This document shows, piece after piece, positions 38,770 to 47,792 of a stretch of DNA of 64,000 nt (position 1 is its first letter; each line of letters begins with the position of its first letter). Where the stretch lies: positions 832,001 to 896,000 of the forward strand of contig CAVXJS010000021.1 in assembly GCA_963762145.1 (NCBI GenBank). The letters are read 5' to 3'. The DNA comes from an uncultured Candidatus Rokubacteria bacterium (lineage in GTDB: Bacteria > Methylomirabilota > Methylomirabilia > Rokubacteriales > CSP1-6). The position numbers and the translations under genes are program-made. Below the pieces are notes generated by a model. That model saw only the letters and a program-made list of their open reading frames with translations. It was not told the origin of the DNA and did not search any database.

Positions 38770-40344
38770 ATGGCCACCTCCGTCGACCGGTCCCTGCGCC
38801 CCGAGATCAGCACTGCCTATGCGCGCCTCGAGGAGAAGATCCTGGAGCGGGACCAGAAGGGGGCCAGCGACATCTTCTATGACCTGGTGCGGGCCCAGGT
38901 CCCCCTCGCGGAGCTGGCCGGCCAGATCGTCCGCATCCACGCGCCCTACACGCACGTGCCGTACCATCAGCGCCTCGACGACGGCGTGCCGCGGTTCGTC
39001 AACAACGACCACTGCCTGCTCAGCTCCCGCGCCAGCCTCGACCTGATGCCGCTGATGCCGCCCGAGCTGGCCTACCTGCCCTACGCCCAGACCATCTGGT
39101 ACATGCCGACGGGCCTGGATCCCTGGAACCAGCTCCTCGGCAAGATGCCCGGGCACTACGTGCGCCTCTACGAGATCAAGTTCGAGGGCAAGCCGCCCCT
39201 GCCCGAGGTGCACTGGCCGGACCAGGCCCCGCTGCCGATCGAGGGGACGTGGCCCGAGCGGCTCAACACGTGGCTCACGCTCGTGCAGCGCGGCGAGGTC
39301 ATCAACTCCTATCGCGTCTTCCTCGGGCTCTGGGACGAGGCGGTGGGCGACGAGGCGAAGCGCACCACGCTGCTCGCCCAGCTCGTCTTCGCCGGACTCA
39401 TCGACGTGCAGGACCGCGTGCTGCACAATCGCTCCTACACCACCGGCCACAAGTCCTACCGTGCCCGCGCCACCGTGGAGGTCGCGCGCGCGGTGGGCTG
39501 GAAGCACGCGCACTCCATCCTGTACGCGGGCGTGCCCGACATCGCGGTGGGGCCGCGCTGGTACTCGACCTACGAGATGGGCTGCCTCGTGATCCAGAAC
39601 CTGCTCGACGGCCGGGACCGCGAGCTGCTCGAGAACGACCTGCCGCTGACGCCGGTCGAGTCGCTCGCGCTCCAGCAGGCGATCCTGAGCGGCCAGGAGC
39701 CGGCCTTCATCGACCTGATCGTGGCGCTGCTCAAGTCCGGCCGCGGCCACCGCCAGATCATCGACACGATCCAGCTCGCCTCGGCCCAGCTCATCATCGA
39801 GACCGGCGACGTCAACGCCTACTCGATGCCGCAGCACAGCTACGAGTACTGCAACACGGTGCGCTGGTTCTTCGACACCTTCCAGCACCCGCACCGCCTC
39901 AAGCTGCTCTTCGTGGCCGCCGCCTTCGTCACCCGCGCCGCGCACCACCAGAGGCACACCCCGGACAACAACCCGGTGAAGATCGCGCCCCCCAAGGGCT
40001 CCGACGCGCTCACCTCGTCGGAGGTGCTCAAGCGCCTGGACGGCGCGCTCGACGGCCTGCGCGCCTTCGAGGCGATGGACTGGGTCGCCGCCTACCTGCG
40101 AGACGGCGCGGACCGCGGCCCGCTGCTGCAGACGCTCGCGGTGGGTGCGGCGAAGGCGGGCAACGATCCGCACAACCAGGAGCTGGGGATCTGCCTGCTC
40201 GACGACTACCGCCACTCGACCGCGGAGGAGCGCGACCGTCTGCTCTACGCCTCGGCCAAGCACACCGCGGGGCATCGCAAGTACGGCAGCCACCTGGACG
40301 CGTGGCGGCGGTACGCGGACGCCTTCGGCCTCGCCCGCTCCTGA
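38770..40344 (+). CDS. hypothetical 524-aa helical protein with four His-bearing repeats
   Basis: AAGGAG RBS; host-like codon use; family not recognised. Confidence 0.85.
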   Translation: MATSVDRSLRPEISTAYARLEEKILERDQKGASDIFYDLVRAQVPLAELAGQIVRIHAPYTHVPYHQRLDDGVPRFVNNDHCLLSSRASLDLMPLMPPELAYLPYAQTIWYMPTGLDPWNQLLGKMPGHYVRLYEIKFEGKPPLPEVHWPDQAPLPIEGTWPERLNTWLTLVQRGEVINSYRVFLGLWDEAVGDEAKRTTLLAQLVFAGLIDVQDRVLHNRSYTTGHKSYRARATVEVARAVGWKHAHSILYAGVPDIAVGPRWYSTYEMGCLVIQNLLDGRDRELLENDLPLTPVESLALQQAILSGQEPAFIDLIVALLKSGRGHRQIIDTIQLASAQLIIETGDVNAYSMPQHSYEYCNTVRWFFDTFQHPHRLKLLFVAAAFVTRAAHHQRHTPDNNPVKIAPPKGSDALTSSEVLKRLDGALDGLRAFEAMDWVAAYLRDGADRGPLLQTLAVGAAKAGNDPHNQELGICLLDDYRHSTAEERDRLLYASAKHTAGHRKYGSHLDAWRRYADAFGLARS

Positions 40345-40496
40345 GGTTCCAACTCGACTCCCGAACCATAGAAGACTTACCTGCCCAGGTCTGGAACTTC
40401 TTACTTGGCTTGATCGGGTTTCGCCGATCGGGGGCCGCTAAGTATTCACTGCGGTACAAAGACCGCTTTGGCTCGCCTCTTGCCCCGTGAGGGCTC

Positions 40497-40751
40497 ATGG
40501 GGTCTCAGAAGCCCCGCGCGGCCGGCGATGATTCAGCAGGCAACGACGCCACCGGGGTGACGGCATTGCTCGCGGAGCTCAGTCCGAGTACCGACTTGCC
40601 GTCGCTGGTCGAACGAGTGTCTCGGAGCGATCTCTCCCGGATCGTGATCCCGGCTGCAACCCTTGCCGCCTGGAAACGACGGGACCCCTCAGGCTTGGCC
40701 AAGGTCCTTACCTGGCTCGAAGCCAAGGGGGTCACGATCGCGGCTACTTGA
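40497..40751 (+). CDS. small hypothetical protein in a lower-GC patch
   Basis: GAGGG RBS; RIVIPAATLAAWKRRDPSG..WLEAKGVTI. Confidence 0.5.
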   Translation: MGSQKPRAAGDDSAGNDATGVTALLAELSPSTDLPSLVERVSRSDLSRIVIPAATLAAWKRRDPSGLAKVLTWLEAKGVTIAAT

Positions 40752-40783
40752 CGGTATCGGCGAACAGGCGCTAGATAAGTCCT

Positions 40784-41527
40784 GTGACTGCCCGCGTCTA
40801 CTACCGCCAGGGCTGAAGCTCCTGCGCCAAGACGAAAGAGTTGCTTTCGTCATGGGGAGTGGCCTTCGAGGGCTTCGACGTCGAGGCCCAGCCGGAGCGC
40901 CGGGCTGACCTCGAAGCGTTTGGCGTGATGCGCGTGCCCGCCACCATCGTGGGGGAGCGCATCGTGCACGGCTGGAACCCGCAGGCGCTGGCCGAGCTGG
41001 TCGGCGTGCGCTATCGCGCGCCGAAGAAGCTGACCCCGGCCCAGCTCGCCGAGCGGATGGACCTCGTCCTGGCCGCGACCCAGCGGGCGATCCGGCAGGT
41101 GCCGCGCGAGCACCTCGGCATGAAGTACCCGGGGCGCGATCGGACGGTGCACCAGCTCGGCTTTCACGTGTTCCGGGTGGCCGCCTCGTACGCGGACACC
41201 CGGGAGCAGGGCAATCTCGACGGCGCCTGGTTCGAGGAGAACGCGCCGCCCGAGATGGCCGACGGCGACGCGGTGGCGCGCTACGGGGAGACGGTCCGCG
41301 CGCGCCTACGGGCGTTCTTCGCGCGGCCCGGGTGGTGCGATGGCGAGGTGAGCACCTACTACGGCCCGCAGTCGGCGCCCGAGTTCATGGAGCGCACGAC
41401 GTGGCACTCGGCCCAGCACCTGCGACAGATTTACTGGTTCCTGGACGAGCTCCACGTGAACAAGGACGCGCCGCTCACCGACGCGGACCTCGAGGGGCTG
41501 CCGTTCCCGCGCGAGGTTTGGTCTTAG
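40784..41527 (+). CDS. putative selenoprotein: glutaredoxin-like (UxxC) domain fused to DinB-like domain
   Basis: GTG at 40784 reads MTARVYYRQG-TGA(40814)-SSCAKTKELLSSWGV, in frame with ORF 40841..41527 (RVPATIVG cis-Pro loop; HQLGFH; WHSAQHLRQ). Confidence 0.82.
40817..40860 (+). promoter_or_regulatory. bacterial SECIS-like hairpin
   Basis: GACGAAAG-AGTTG-CTTTCGTC perfect 8-bp stem starting 14 nt after the UGA; lower CTCC/GGAG pairing possible. Confidence 0.7.
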
Positions 41528-41888
41528 CCCCCTCACCCTGCCCTCTCCCCCTCCGGGGGAGAGGGTTCTTGTTCGCGATGAAGGTGTGGGCCTCGCACAC
41601 CACCTGCTCGACCCGCTTCCAGCTCGGGCGCCCGTCGAGGCGCACCCCCACCCAGCCGCGCACCCCGACGTAGGGCGGCACGAAGAACCGCTCCGAATCC
41701 TCTCGGACGAGCAGCGCCTGGGCGCCGAGCGGCATCGCGAGCCAGACGCCCACGTGCGGGGCGCCGTGGTGATGGTTGTCGAACGTGGCGAACATCCGGC
41801 CACTCACCCAGAACGTGGGCTCACCGTGGGAGATCTTCTCCGCGGTCCCCGGCAGCGCGAGGCAGATGCGCCGCAGACGCGCCAGCAG
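41475..41888 (-). CDS. MmcQ/YjbR family protein
   Basis: RLRRICLALP..SHGEPTF..FFVPPYVG.RGWVGVRLD; start codon unclear; C-terminus runs through a REP. Confidence 0.8.
   Translation of the reverse strand: MLARLRRICLALPGTAEKISHGEPTFWVSGRMFATFDNHHHGAPHVGVWLAMPLGAQALLVREDSERFFVPPYVGVRGWVGVRLDGRPSWKRVEQVVCEAHTFIANKNPLPRRGRGQGEGAKTKPRAGTAAPRGPRR
41528..41565. repeat. REP-like palindromic repeat, copy 4
   Basis: CCCCCTCACCCTGCCCTCTCCCCC-TCC-GGGGGAGAGGG. Confidence 0.85.
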
Positions 41889-41890
41889 CG

Positions 41891-42841
41891 TTACGGCGTC
41901 ACGTGCTTGATGAACCGCTCCGGCGGATCCTCGCCCCACTGGCTCACCAGCCCCTCTTCCGCGGACAGGAGGTTCGAGCCGCTGCGCGCGTTCAGCCGGT
42001 CGGTGTCGGCCCACCGCTCGTGCACGCGGCCCCACGGGTCGCTCCAGTAGTCGTAGACCTGGCTGCCCAGGAGATGCCGGCCCACGCCCCACATGTGGTC
42101 GTACTTGCCGAGCCCGGCCAGGTACTCGTGATCCTTGAACACCGCGTCCACGTCCGGCACCTCGAACGAGACGTGGTTCATGCCCGCGCGTTCGTTCATC
42201 ACGCAGAAGAGCGTGTGATGGTCCACGTACTCGTCGCCCCGGTCGCAGCGGTTGAACGAGCCGATGATGTGATCCTTCGCGCCCGCGTAGATGTCGTCGG
42301 AGCCGATGAAGCCGAGCGTGTCGCGGAACCACTGCGCGGTCTCCCGCACCCGCGGCGTGCCCATGACGCCGTGGCCGATCCGCTTGATCGGAGTCGGCGA
42401 CTTGCGCAGGCGCATCAGCGTCCCCGCGCGACGCAGGGGCTCGGCGCCGGTGTTCATCGGGGTGTAGTCCACCGGGATCGCGGGCAGGGTCTCGAGCCCC
42501 CACACCACCTCGACCTGGTAGCCGTTCGGCTCGCGCAGGCGCACCCGCCGGCCGCCGCCCGGCTCGTCGATCGCCTCCACCGGGGAGGCGCCGGGCTCCG
42601 TCGCCACGCGCGCCAGGTCGGCCTCGCCCGCCGCGTGGTAGGCGAAGCCCACGAAGCCGGCGTCGTCGGCCTTCTCGGTGACGTGAATGTGGTGCATGGG
42701 GTCGGTCCCGCGCATGTAGAGCGCCTCCGGCGTCCGCGCAGCGCGCGTGAGGCCGAAGTGGGTGAGGAACTCCTCCTGCGCGTCCAGATCCGGGGCGCGC
42801 AGCCGAACCCACGCCAGGTCTCGCACTTTGATCGTTGCCAT
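41891..42841 (-). CDS. VOC family protein (extradiol dioxygenase-like, two domains)
   Basis: IGHGV, DHHTL, MNHVSFE, WGVGRHLLGSQVYDYWSDPWG..HE. Confidence 0.88.
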   Translation of the reverse strand: MATIKVRDLAWVRLRAPDLDAQEEFLTHFGLTRAARTPEALYMRGTDPMHHIHVTEKADDAGFVGFAYHAAGEADLARVATEPGASPVEAIDEPGGGRRVRLREPNGYQVEVVWGLETLPAIPVDYTPMNTGAEPLRRAGTLMRLRKSPTPIKRIGHGVMGTPRVRETAQWFRDTLGFIGSDDIYAGAKDHIIGSFNRCDRGDEYVDHHTLFCVMNERAGMNHVSFEVPDVDAVFKDHEYLAGLGKYDHMWGVGRHLLGSQVYDYWSDPWGRVHERWADTDRLNARSGSNLLSAEEGLVSQWGEDPPERFIKHVTP

Positions 42842-42847
42842 CGCTAT

Positions 42848-42883
42848 CCCCCTCACCCTGCCCTCTCCCCTGAGGGGAGAGGG
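42848..42883. repeat. REP-like palindromic repeat, copy 5
   Basis: CCCCCTCACCCTGCCCTCTCCCC-TGA-GGGGAGAGGG. Confidence 0.85.
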
Positions 42884-42891
42884 AGACTAGA

Positions 42892-44049
42892 TTAGCCCGC
42901 GAAAGTGAAACGTGGGTCGGCGGCCGGGATCTCGACCTCCGGCAGCTTCAGCTCGCGGCGCACGATGTTCGCCCCCAGATTGATCGCCACGCTCTTGTAG
43001 AACGCGATGCGCCGGGCCAGCCCCTCCCGGCCGAATCCGCAGTCGGTGCTGAGGATGAGCCGCTCCGGCGGCACGTATTCGAGCGCCTTGCGGATCAGGC
43101 TCGCCACCACCTCGGGCGGCTCCACCGCCGCGGTCGAGTGGTTCACCACCCCGATGGCGATCTTCTTGTCGGTGCGGTGCTTCCCGAGGAGCGGCAGGTC
43201 GCGCCCGCTGGTGGAGGCGCACTCGAGCGTGAGCACGTCGGCGTTGGTGGCCAGCAGGTACGGCAGCGACCGCTCGTAGGACGGCCGCTCCCAGTGCAGC
43301 GGCTGCTGGTTCGGATTGCCCCAGCACGTGTGCAGCCAGATCTCGGTGTCGACCCCCGCGATCTCCCGGTTCACCGACTCGGTGTAGAACTCGAGGTCCT
43401 TGTCGGAGGCGCCGATGGCGCCCGCGATGTGGTGCTGCGGCTCCTCCACCTGGATGACCCGGCACCCCGCAGCCGCGACCTCCCGGAGCTCCGCGTTGAA
43501 GATATCGGCGAGGGCCAGGATCACGTCGCGGTCCCCGCCGTAGTGACGGTCCACCAGCATCTTGGCGAGCGACTGGGCGGTGATCGCGCCGAACTTGACC
43601 GGCTTGTTGGCGAGCCGCTGCGCGGTCTTGAAGAGGGCCGCGTACTGGAGCGGGCCGCCCTCGAGCTTGGCGCCCACCACCGCGGGCTGGTAGGCCTCCA
43701 TCACCTCGTAGAGGATATGGCCGGGCCGGAGCGATTTCCAGCCGCCGCCGGTCGAGCGGTCCTGGGCCCCGGTGATGCCGCGGAGGCGCTCGATCACGTA
43801 ATAGAACCAGGACTTGCCGCCCACCGTGAGGTCGAAGCGGGAGTCGCCGTCGGTCACGAAGTCGAGCCCGGCCATCTCCTGCTCGCGGACGAGGCAGGCC
43901 ACCGCGTCGAGGTACTGCTCGCGGAACCGGGAATCGCCCAGCGCGTCCTTGAAGCCGCGCCCGCGCAGCTCCTCGGTGAACCAGTGGGGGCGCGGATAGG
44001 AGCCGGTGATGGTGGTGGGCAGGACGAGGTCGCGGGTGGCGTTGAGCAT
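42892..44049 (-). CDS. cobalamin-independent methionine synthase II (single-barrel MetE-like) family protein
   Basis: TTITGSYPRP, QEMAGLDFVTDGD, HTCWGN, STDCGF Zn ligands. Confidence 0.88.
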   Translation of the reverse strand: MLNATRDLVLPTTITGSYPRPHWFTEELRGRGFKDALGDSRFREQYLDAVACLVREQEMAGLDFVTDGDSRFDLTVGGKSWFYYVIERLRGITGAQDRSTGGGWKSLRPGHILYEVMEAYQPAVVGAKLEGGPLQYAALFKTAQRLANKPVKFGAITAQSLAKMLVDRHYGGDRDVILALADIFNAELREVAAAGCRVIQVEEPQHHIAGAIGASDKDLEFYTESVNREIAGVDTEIWLHTCWGNPNQQPLHWERPSYERSLPYLLATNADVLTLECASTSGRDLPLLGKHRTDKKIAIGVVNHSTAAVEPPEVVASLIRKALEYVPPERLILSTDCGFGREGLARRIAFYKSVAINLGANIVRRELKLPEVEIPAADPRFTFAG

Positions 44050-44056
44050 GGGCCCG

Positions 44057-44124
44057 ACTCTAGCGCGCCCGGGAACGCTGTCAAGCCCGCCAAGGTTGAC
44101 AAATCAGAGGCCCGTCCCTAGTGT
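44057..44124. promoter_or_regulatory. back-to-back sigma70 promoters
   Basis: Minus: TTGACA(44084-44079)-16-TAGAGT, 7 nt before ATG at 44049. Plus: TTGACA(44096)-17-TAGTGT. Confidence 0.7.
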
Positions 44125-44168
44125 AGCGGCGCGAGCACCCGTTCCCTCACCGACGAGGAGGCATCCCC

Positions 44169-45410
44169 ATGCAGAGGCGACAGTTCCTGGTAGCGATGAG
44201 CAGCGTCGCGGCCGCCGCGGCGGTCCGGCCTTCCCGGGCCCGTGGCGCGGAGCCGATCAAGATCGGCTACTTCGGTCCGCTGACCGGCAACTTCTCCCAG
44301 ACCGGCAAGGACATGACCGACGGCTTCAACCTCTTCTGGGAAGAGGTGGGCATGAAGGTCGCGGGCCGCGAGGTGAAGGTGATCGTCGAGGACTCCGACC
44401 CCGAGCCCACCGGCGCGCTCACCAAGGTGCGCCGCCTCGTCGAGCAGGAGAAGGTGCACACGATCGCGGGCGGGCTCCTGGCCGCCACCGGATACGCGAT
44501 CGTGCCCTACATCGAGCAGAACAAGATCCCGACGGTGTACCCGATCACCGCGCCCGACGACATCACCCAGCGCAAGCCCGTGCGCTGGATCGTGCGCACC
44601 TCGGCCTCGGGCAGCCAGATGACCCATCCGCTCGGGGACTACGCCTACAAGCAGCTCAAGCTTCGGCGGATGGCGACGATCAGCATGGACTACGCGTTCG
44701 GCTGGGAGACCAATGCGGGCTTCCAGCGCGTGTTCGAGGATCAGGGCGGCAAGGTGGTGCAGCGGATCTGGACGCCGCTCAACATCCAGGACTACGCGCC
44801 GTTCCTCGCCTCGCTCAAGAAAGACATCGACGGCGTCTTCGCCTGCCACACTGGGGGCCTGTCGCCCCGTTTCATAAAGACCTGGAGCGACGTCGGGCTC
44901 AAGGACAAGATCACGCTCGTCGGGGTCGGCACCCTCACCGACGAGAACGTGCTCAAGGCCATGGGCGACGAGGCGATCGGAGTGATCACCTCGCTCCACT
45001 ACAGCGCTGCGCTCGACACCCCCGCCAACAAGAAGTTCTCCGCCGCCTACGAGAAGCGCTTCGGCCGCAGCACCTCGCTCTACTCCGCCCAGGGTTACAC
45101 CGGGGCGCGGTTCTACTACGAGGCGCTCAAGGCCATCAATGGGGAGGCCGAGAACAAGGAGAAGTTCGTCGCCGCCCTCCGGCAGGTGGCGGTCAGCGAC
45201 GATCCGCGCGGCCCCATGAAGATGGACGATCTGAACAACCCCGTGCAGAACGTCTACATCCGCAAGGTAGAGCGCACCGGCGGCAAGCTGCAGAACACCG
45301 TGATCCAGACCTACCCGAACGTCTCGCAGTTCTGGACCTACAAGCAGGAGGAGTACCTGAAGACCCCCGTCTACGACCGCAACAATCCCGCGTGCAAATT
45401 CTGTGAATAA
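44169..45410 (+). CDS. ABC branched-chain amino acid/aromatic-type solute-binding protein (Tat)
   Basis: QRRQFL; IKIGYFGPLTG; DYAFG; PRGP. Confidence 0.9.
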   Translation: MQRRQFLVAMSSVAAAAAVRPSRARGAEPIKIGYFGPLTGNFSQTGKDMTDGFNLFWEEVGMKVAGREVKVIVEDSDPEPTGALTKVRRLVEQEKVHTIAGGLLAATGYAIVPYIEQNKIPTVYPITAPDDITQRKPVRWIVRTSASGSQMTHPLGDYAYKQLKLRRMATISMDYAFGWETNAGFQRVFEDQGGKVVQRIWTPLNIQDYAPFLASLKKDIDGVFACHTGGLSPRFIKTWSDVGLKDKITLVGVGTLTDENVLKAMGDEAIGVITSLHYSAALDTPANKKFSAAYEKRFGRSTSLYSAQGYTGARFYYEALKAINGEAENKEKFVAALRQVAVSDDPRGPMKMDDLNNPVQNVYIRKVERTGGKLQNTVIQTYPNVSQFWTYKQEEYLKTPVYDRNNPACKFCE

Positions 45411-45426
45411 CGCCCCGAGGAGACCC

Positions 45427-46452
45427 ATGACGAAATCCCTGGCCTGGAGCACGCTGGCCGTGGTCCTGCTCGCGCTCACCGCCGCCGGCGCCTCCACGCC
45501 CGCCCCGGTGGCCGCGCAGGCGAAGCCGATCGTGTGGAACCTGCCCCACATCTCGGCCCCGACCTACTACCACACGATCAACTACACCGCGTTCGGCAAC
45601 AAGGTGAAGGAGAAGTCGGGCGGCCGCATGGAGATCCGCTTCCACGCGGCCTCCTCCCTCTACCCCGGGCCCGAGCTGCTCCCCGCGGTGCTCGACGGCC
45701 GCGCCGAGATCGGGCCGGTGCTGGCCTCGTATCTCACCGACGTGCTGCTCGAGATGGGCCCGCTCGAGCTGCCGTTCATGACCAGCAGCATGGAGGAGCA
45801 CAAGAAGGCCGCCTTCGCGTTGCGGGGGTTCTACACCGAGATGCTGGCCAAGAAGGGCCTCAAGATGCTCGCGATGAGCACGTGGCCCTCGCAGCAGATC
45901 TTCTCCACCGCGCCGATCCGCACCGTGGCCGACTGGAAGGGTAAGAAGATCCGCGTCTACGGCGCCGACTCCGCCAACATCACCCGGATCCTGGGCGGCG
46001 CGCCGGTCAACATCGCCTTCGGCGAGGTCTACTCCGCGCTCGAGAAGAAGACGGTGGACGGGGCCATGACCTCCGCCACCAACGCGGAGCCGATGAAGTT
46101 CTTCGAGGTCGCGAAGTACGTGGACTACTGGTACCTGGCCGGCGCCGCGCAGGAGTGGATCGTGGCCAACCAGAAGGCGTGGGACTCTCTCCCCAAGGAT
46201 CTCCAGCAGATCGTGCTCGATGCGATCAAGGAGACCAACCTCGAGGAGAAGGAGTGGGGCGACGCCATCGCGTTCGACGAGCGGGTGCGCAAGCGCCTGC
46301 CCGAGCTCGGCATCACGATCGTGGATCCGCCCAAGGAGGAGCTGGCCAAGGCGCGCCAGGCCGCCAAGGCCGCCTGGGACACCTGGCTCACCCGCACCGG
46401 GGCCGACGGCAAGCGCGGCCTCGAGATGGCGCTGAAGGCCCTCGGTCGCTGA
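45427..46452 (+). CDS. dctP: TRAP transporter substrate-binding protein DctP
   Basis: KVKEKSGGRMEI, ELPF, WKGKKIRV, FGEVYSALEKKTVDG, WDSLPKDLQ. Confidence 0.9.
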   Translation: MTKSLAWSTLAVVLLALTAAGASTPAPVAAQAKPIVWNLPHISAPTYYHTINYTAFGNKVKEKSGGRMEIRFHAASSLYPGPELLPAVLDGRAEIGPVLASYLTDVLLEMGPLELPFMTSSMEEHKKAAFALRGFYTEMLAKKGLKMLAMSTWPSQQIFSTAPIRTVADWKGKKIRVYGADSANITRILGGAPVNIAFGEVYSALEKKTVDGAMTSATNAEPMKFFEVAKYVDYWYLAGAAQEWIVANQKAWDSLPKDLQQIVLDAIKETNLEEKEWGDAIAFDERVRKRLPELGITIVDPPKEELAKARQAAKAAWDTWLTRTGADGKRGLEMALKALGR

Positions 46453-46467
46453 TCCCCTCCTTCCCCA

Positions 46468-46507
46468 CCCTCTCCCCCGCCGAGGGGGAGAGGGCAGGGT
46501 GAGGGGG
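46468..46507. repeat. REP-like palindromic repeat, copy 6
   Basis: CCCTCTCCCCC-GCCGA-GGGGGAGAGGG-CAGGGTGAGGGGG. Confidence 0.85.
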
Positions 46508-46544
46508 TAGCGCAGTACGTCCCCGCCTCAAGGGAGCCACATTC

Positions 46545-47780
46545 ATGAGACCACTCCGCGTCGGCCTGACCGCAGCGCTCTTCCTCGCCCTCGCCGCGTT
46601 CCCGACGCGTCCGGCCGCCGCCGCGGAGACCATCCGCATCGGCTTCATGGGCCCGCTCACCGGGATCTTCGCCCAGGCCGGCAAGGACATGCTGGACGGC
46701 CTCAAGATGGCGCTCGAGCAGGTCAACTACCAGGCGGGTGGGCGCAAGATCGAGCTGATCGAGGAGGACACCGAGGGCAACTCGGCCACCGCCCTCGCGA
46801 AGTACCGCAAGCTGGTGGATCACGACAAGATCCACGTGATGACCGGCATCCTCCTGGTCAACGTGGGCAACAGCCTGGTCCCGCTGATCGAGCGCGACCG
46901 GCTCCCGACCCTGTTTCTCACCACGCCCGACGACCTTACCAAGCGCAAGGTCGCCAAGTGGATCCTCCGCTCCAACTTCTCGGCCAGCCAGATCATGCAC
47001 CCGCTGGGCGACTACGCGGCGCGCACGCTCAAGTACCGCCGCGTGGCCACCATCGCGATGGACAACGGCTTCGGCCACGAGGAGGTCGGCGGCTTCCAGC
47101 GGGTCTTCGAGGATGCCGGCGGCAAGGTGGTCCAGAAGATCTGGGTGCCGCTCAATGCGCTCGACTTCGCGCCCTATCTCTCGCAGATGGCCCGGGACGT
47201 GGACGCGGTCTGCGCGGTCTTCGTGGCCGGCCAGGCGGTGCGCTTCGTGAAGCAGTACGGCGAGTCCGCGCTCAAGGGCAAGACCCCGCTCATCGGCACC
47301 GGAGTCATGATCGACGAGAGCGCGCTACGGGGCATGGGCGACGAGGCGGTCGGCGTCGTGGGGTCTCTGCTCTGGAGCCCGACGCTCCAGAGCCCGGCCA
47401 ACCAGACCTTCATGAAGATGGCCGAGGCCAAGCTCGGACGGACGCCGGCCTACTTCCACGCGATCATGTACAGCTCGGGGCGCTGGATCACGGAGGCCGC
47501 CAATGCCCTCAGCGGGCAGGTGGAGGATCGCGAGAAGCTCGTGGCCGCCATCCGACGGGCCATCGAGACCACGCCGGATCCGCGCGGGCCCATCAAGCTG
47601 GACGACTGGGGCAATCCCACCGAGAACGTCTACATCCTCCGCGTGGACAAGGTCGGAGGCAAGCTCGTCACCACCGTGATCCACACCTACCCGGCGGTGT
47701 CGCAGTTCTGGACCTACAAGCCGGAGGAGTTCCTCAAGACCCCGCCCTACTCGCGCGACTATCCGCCCGCCAAGCCCTGA
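46545..47780 (+). CDS. ABC solute-binding protein, paralogue of 44169
   Basis: IRIGFMGPLTG; shared HPLGDYA, GFQRVFED.GGKVVQ, VSQFWTYK.EE.LKTP.Y. Confidence 0.9.
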   Translation: MRPLRVGLTAALFLALAAFPTRPAAAAETIRIGFMGPLTGIFAQAGKDMLDGLKMALEQVNYQAGGRKIELIEEDTEGNSATALAKYRKLVDHDKIHVMTGILLVNVGNSLVPLIERDRLPTLFLTTPDDLTKRKVAKWILRSNFSASQIMHPLGDYAARTLKYRRVATIAMDNGFGHEEVGGFQRVFEDAGGKVVQKIWVPLNALDFAPYLSQMARDVDAVCAVFVAGQAVRFVKQYGESALKGKTPLIGTGVMIDESALRGMGDEAVGVVGSLLWSPTLQSPANQTFMKMAEAKLGRTPAYFHAIMYSSGRWITEAANALSGQVEDREKLVAAIRRAIETTPDPRGPIKLDDWGNPTENVYILRVDKVGGKLVTTVIHTYPAVSQFWTYKPEEFLKTPPYSRDYPPAKP

Positions 47781-47792
47781 GCGGCGGGCGCG

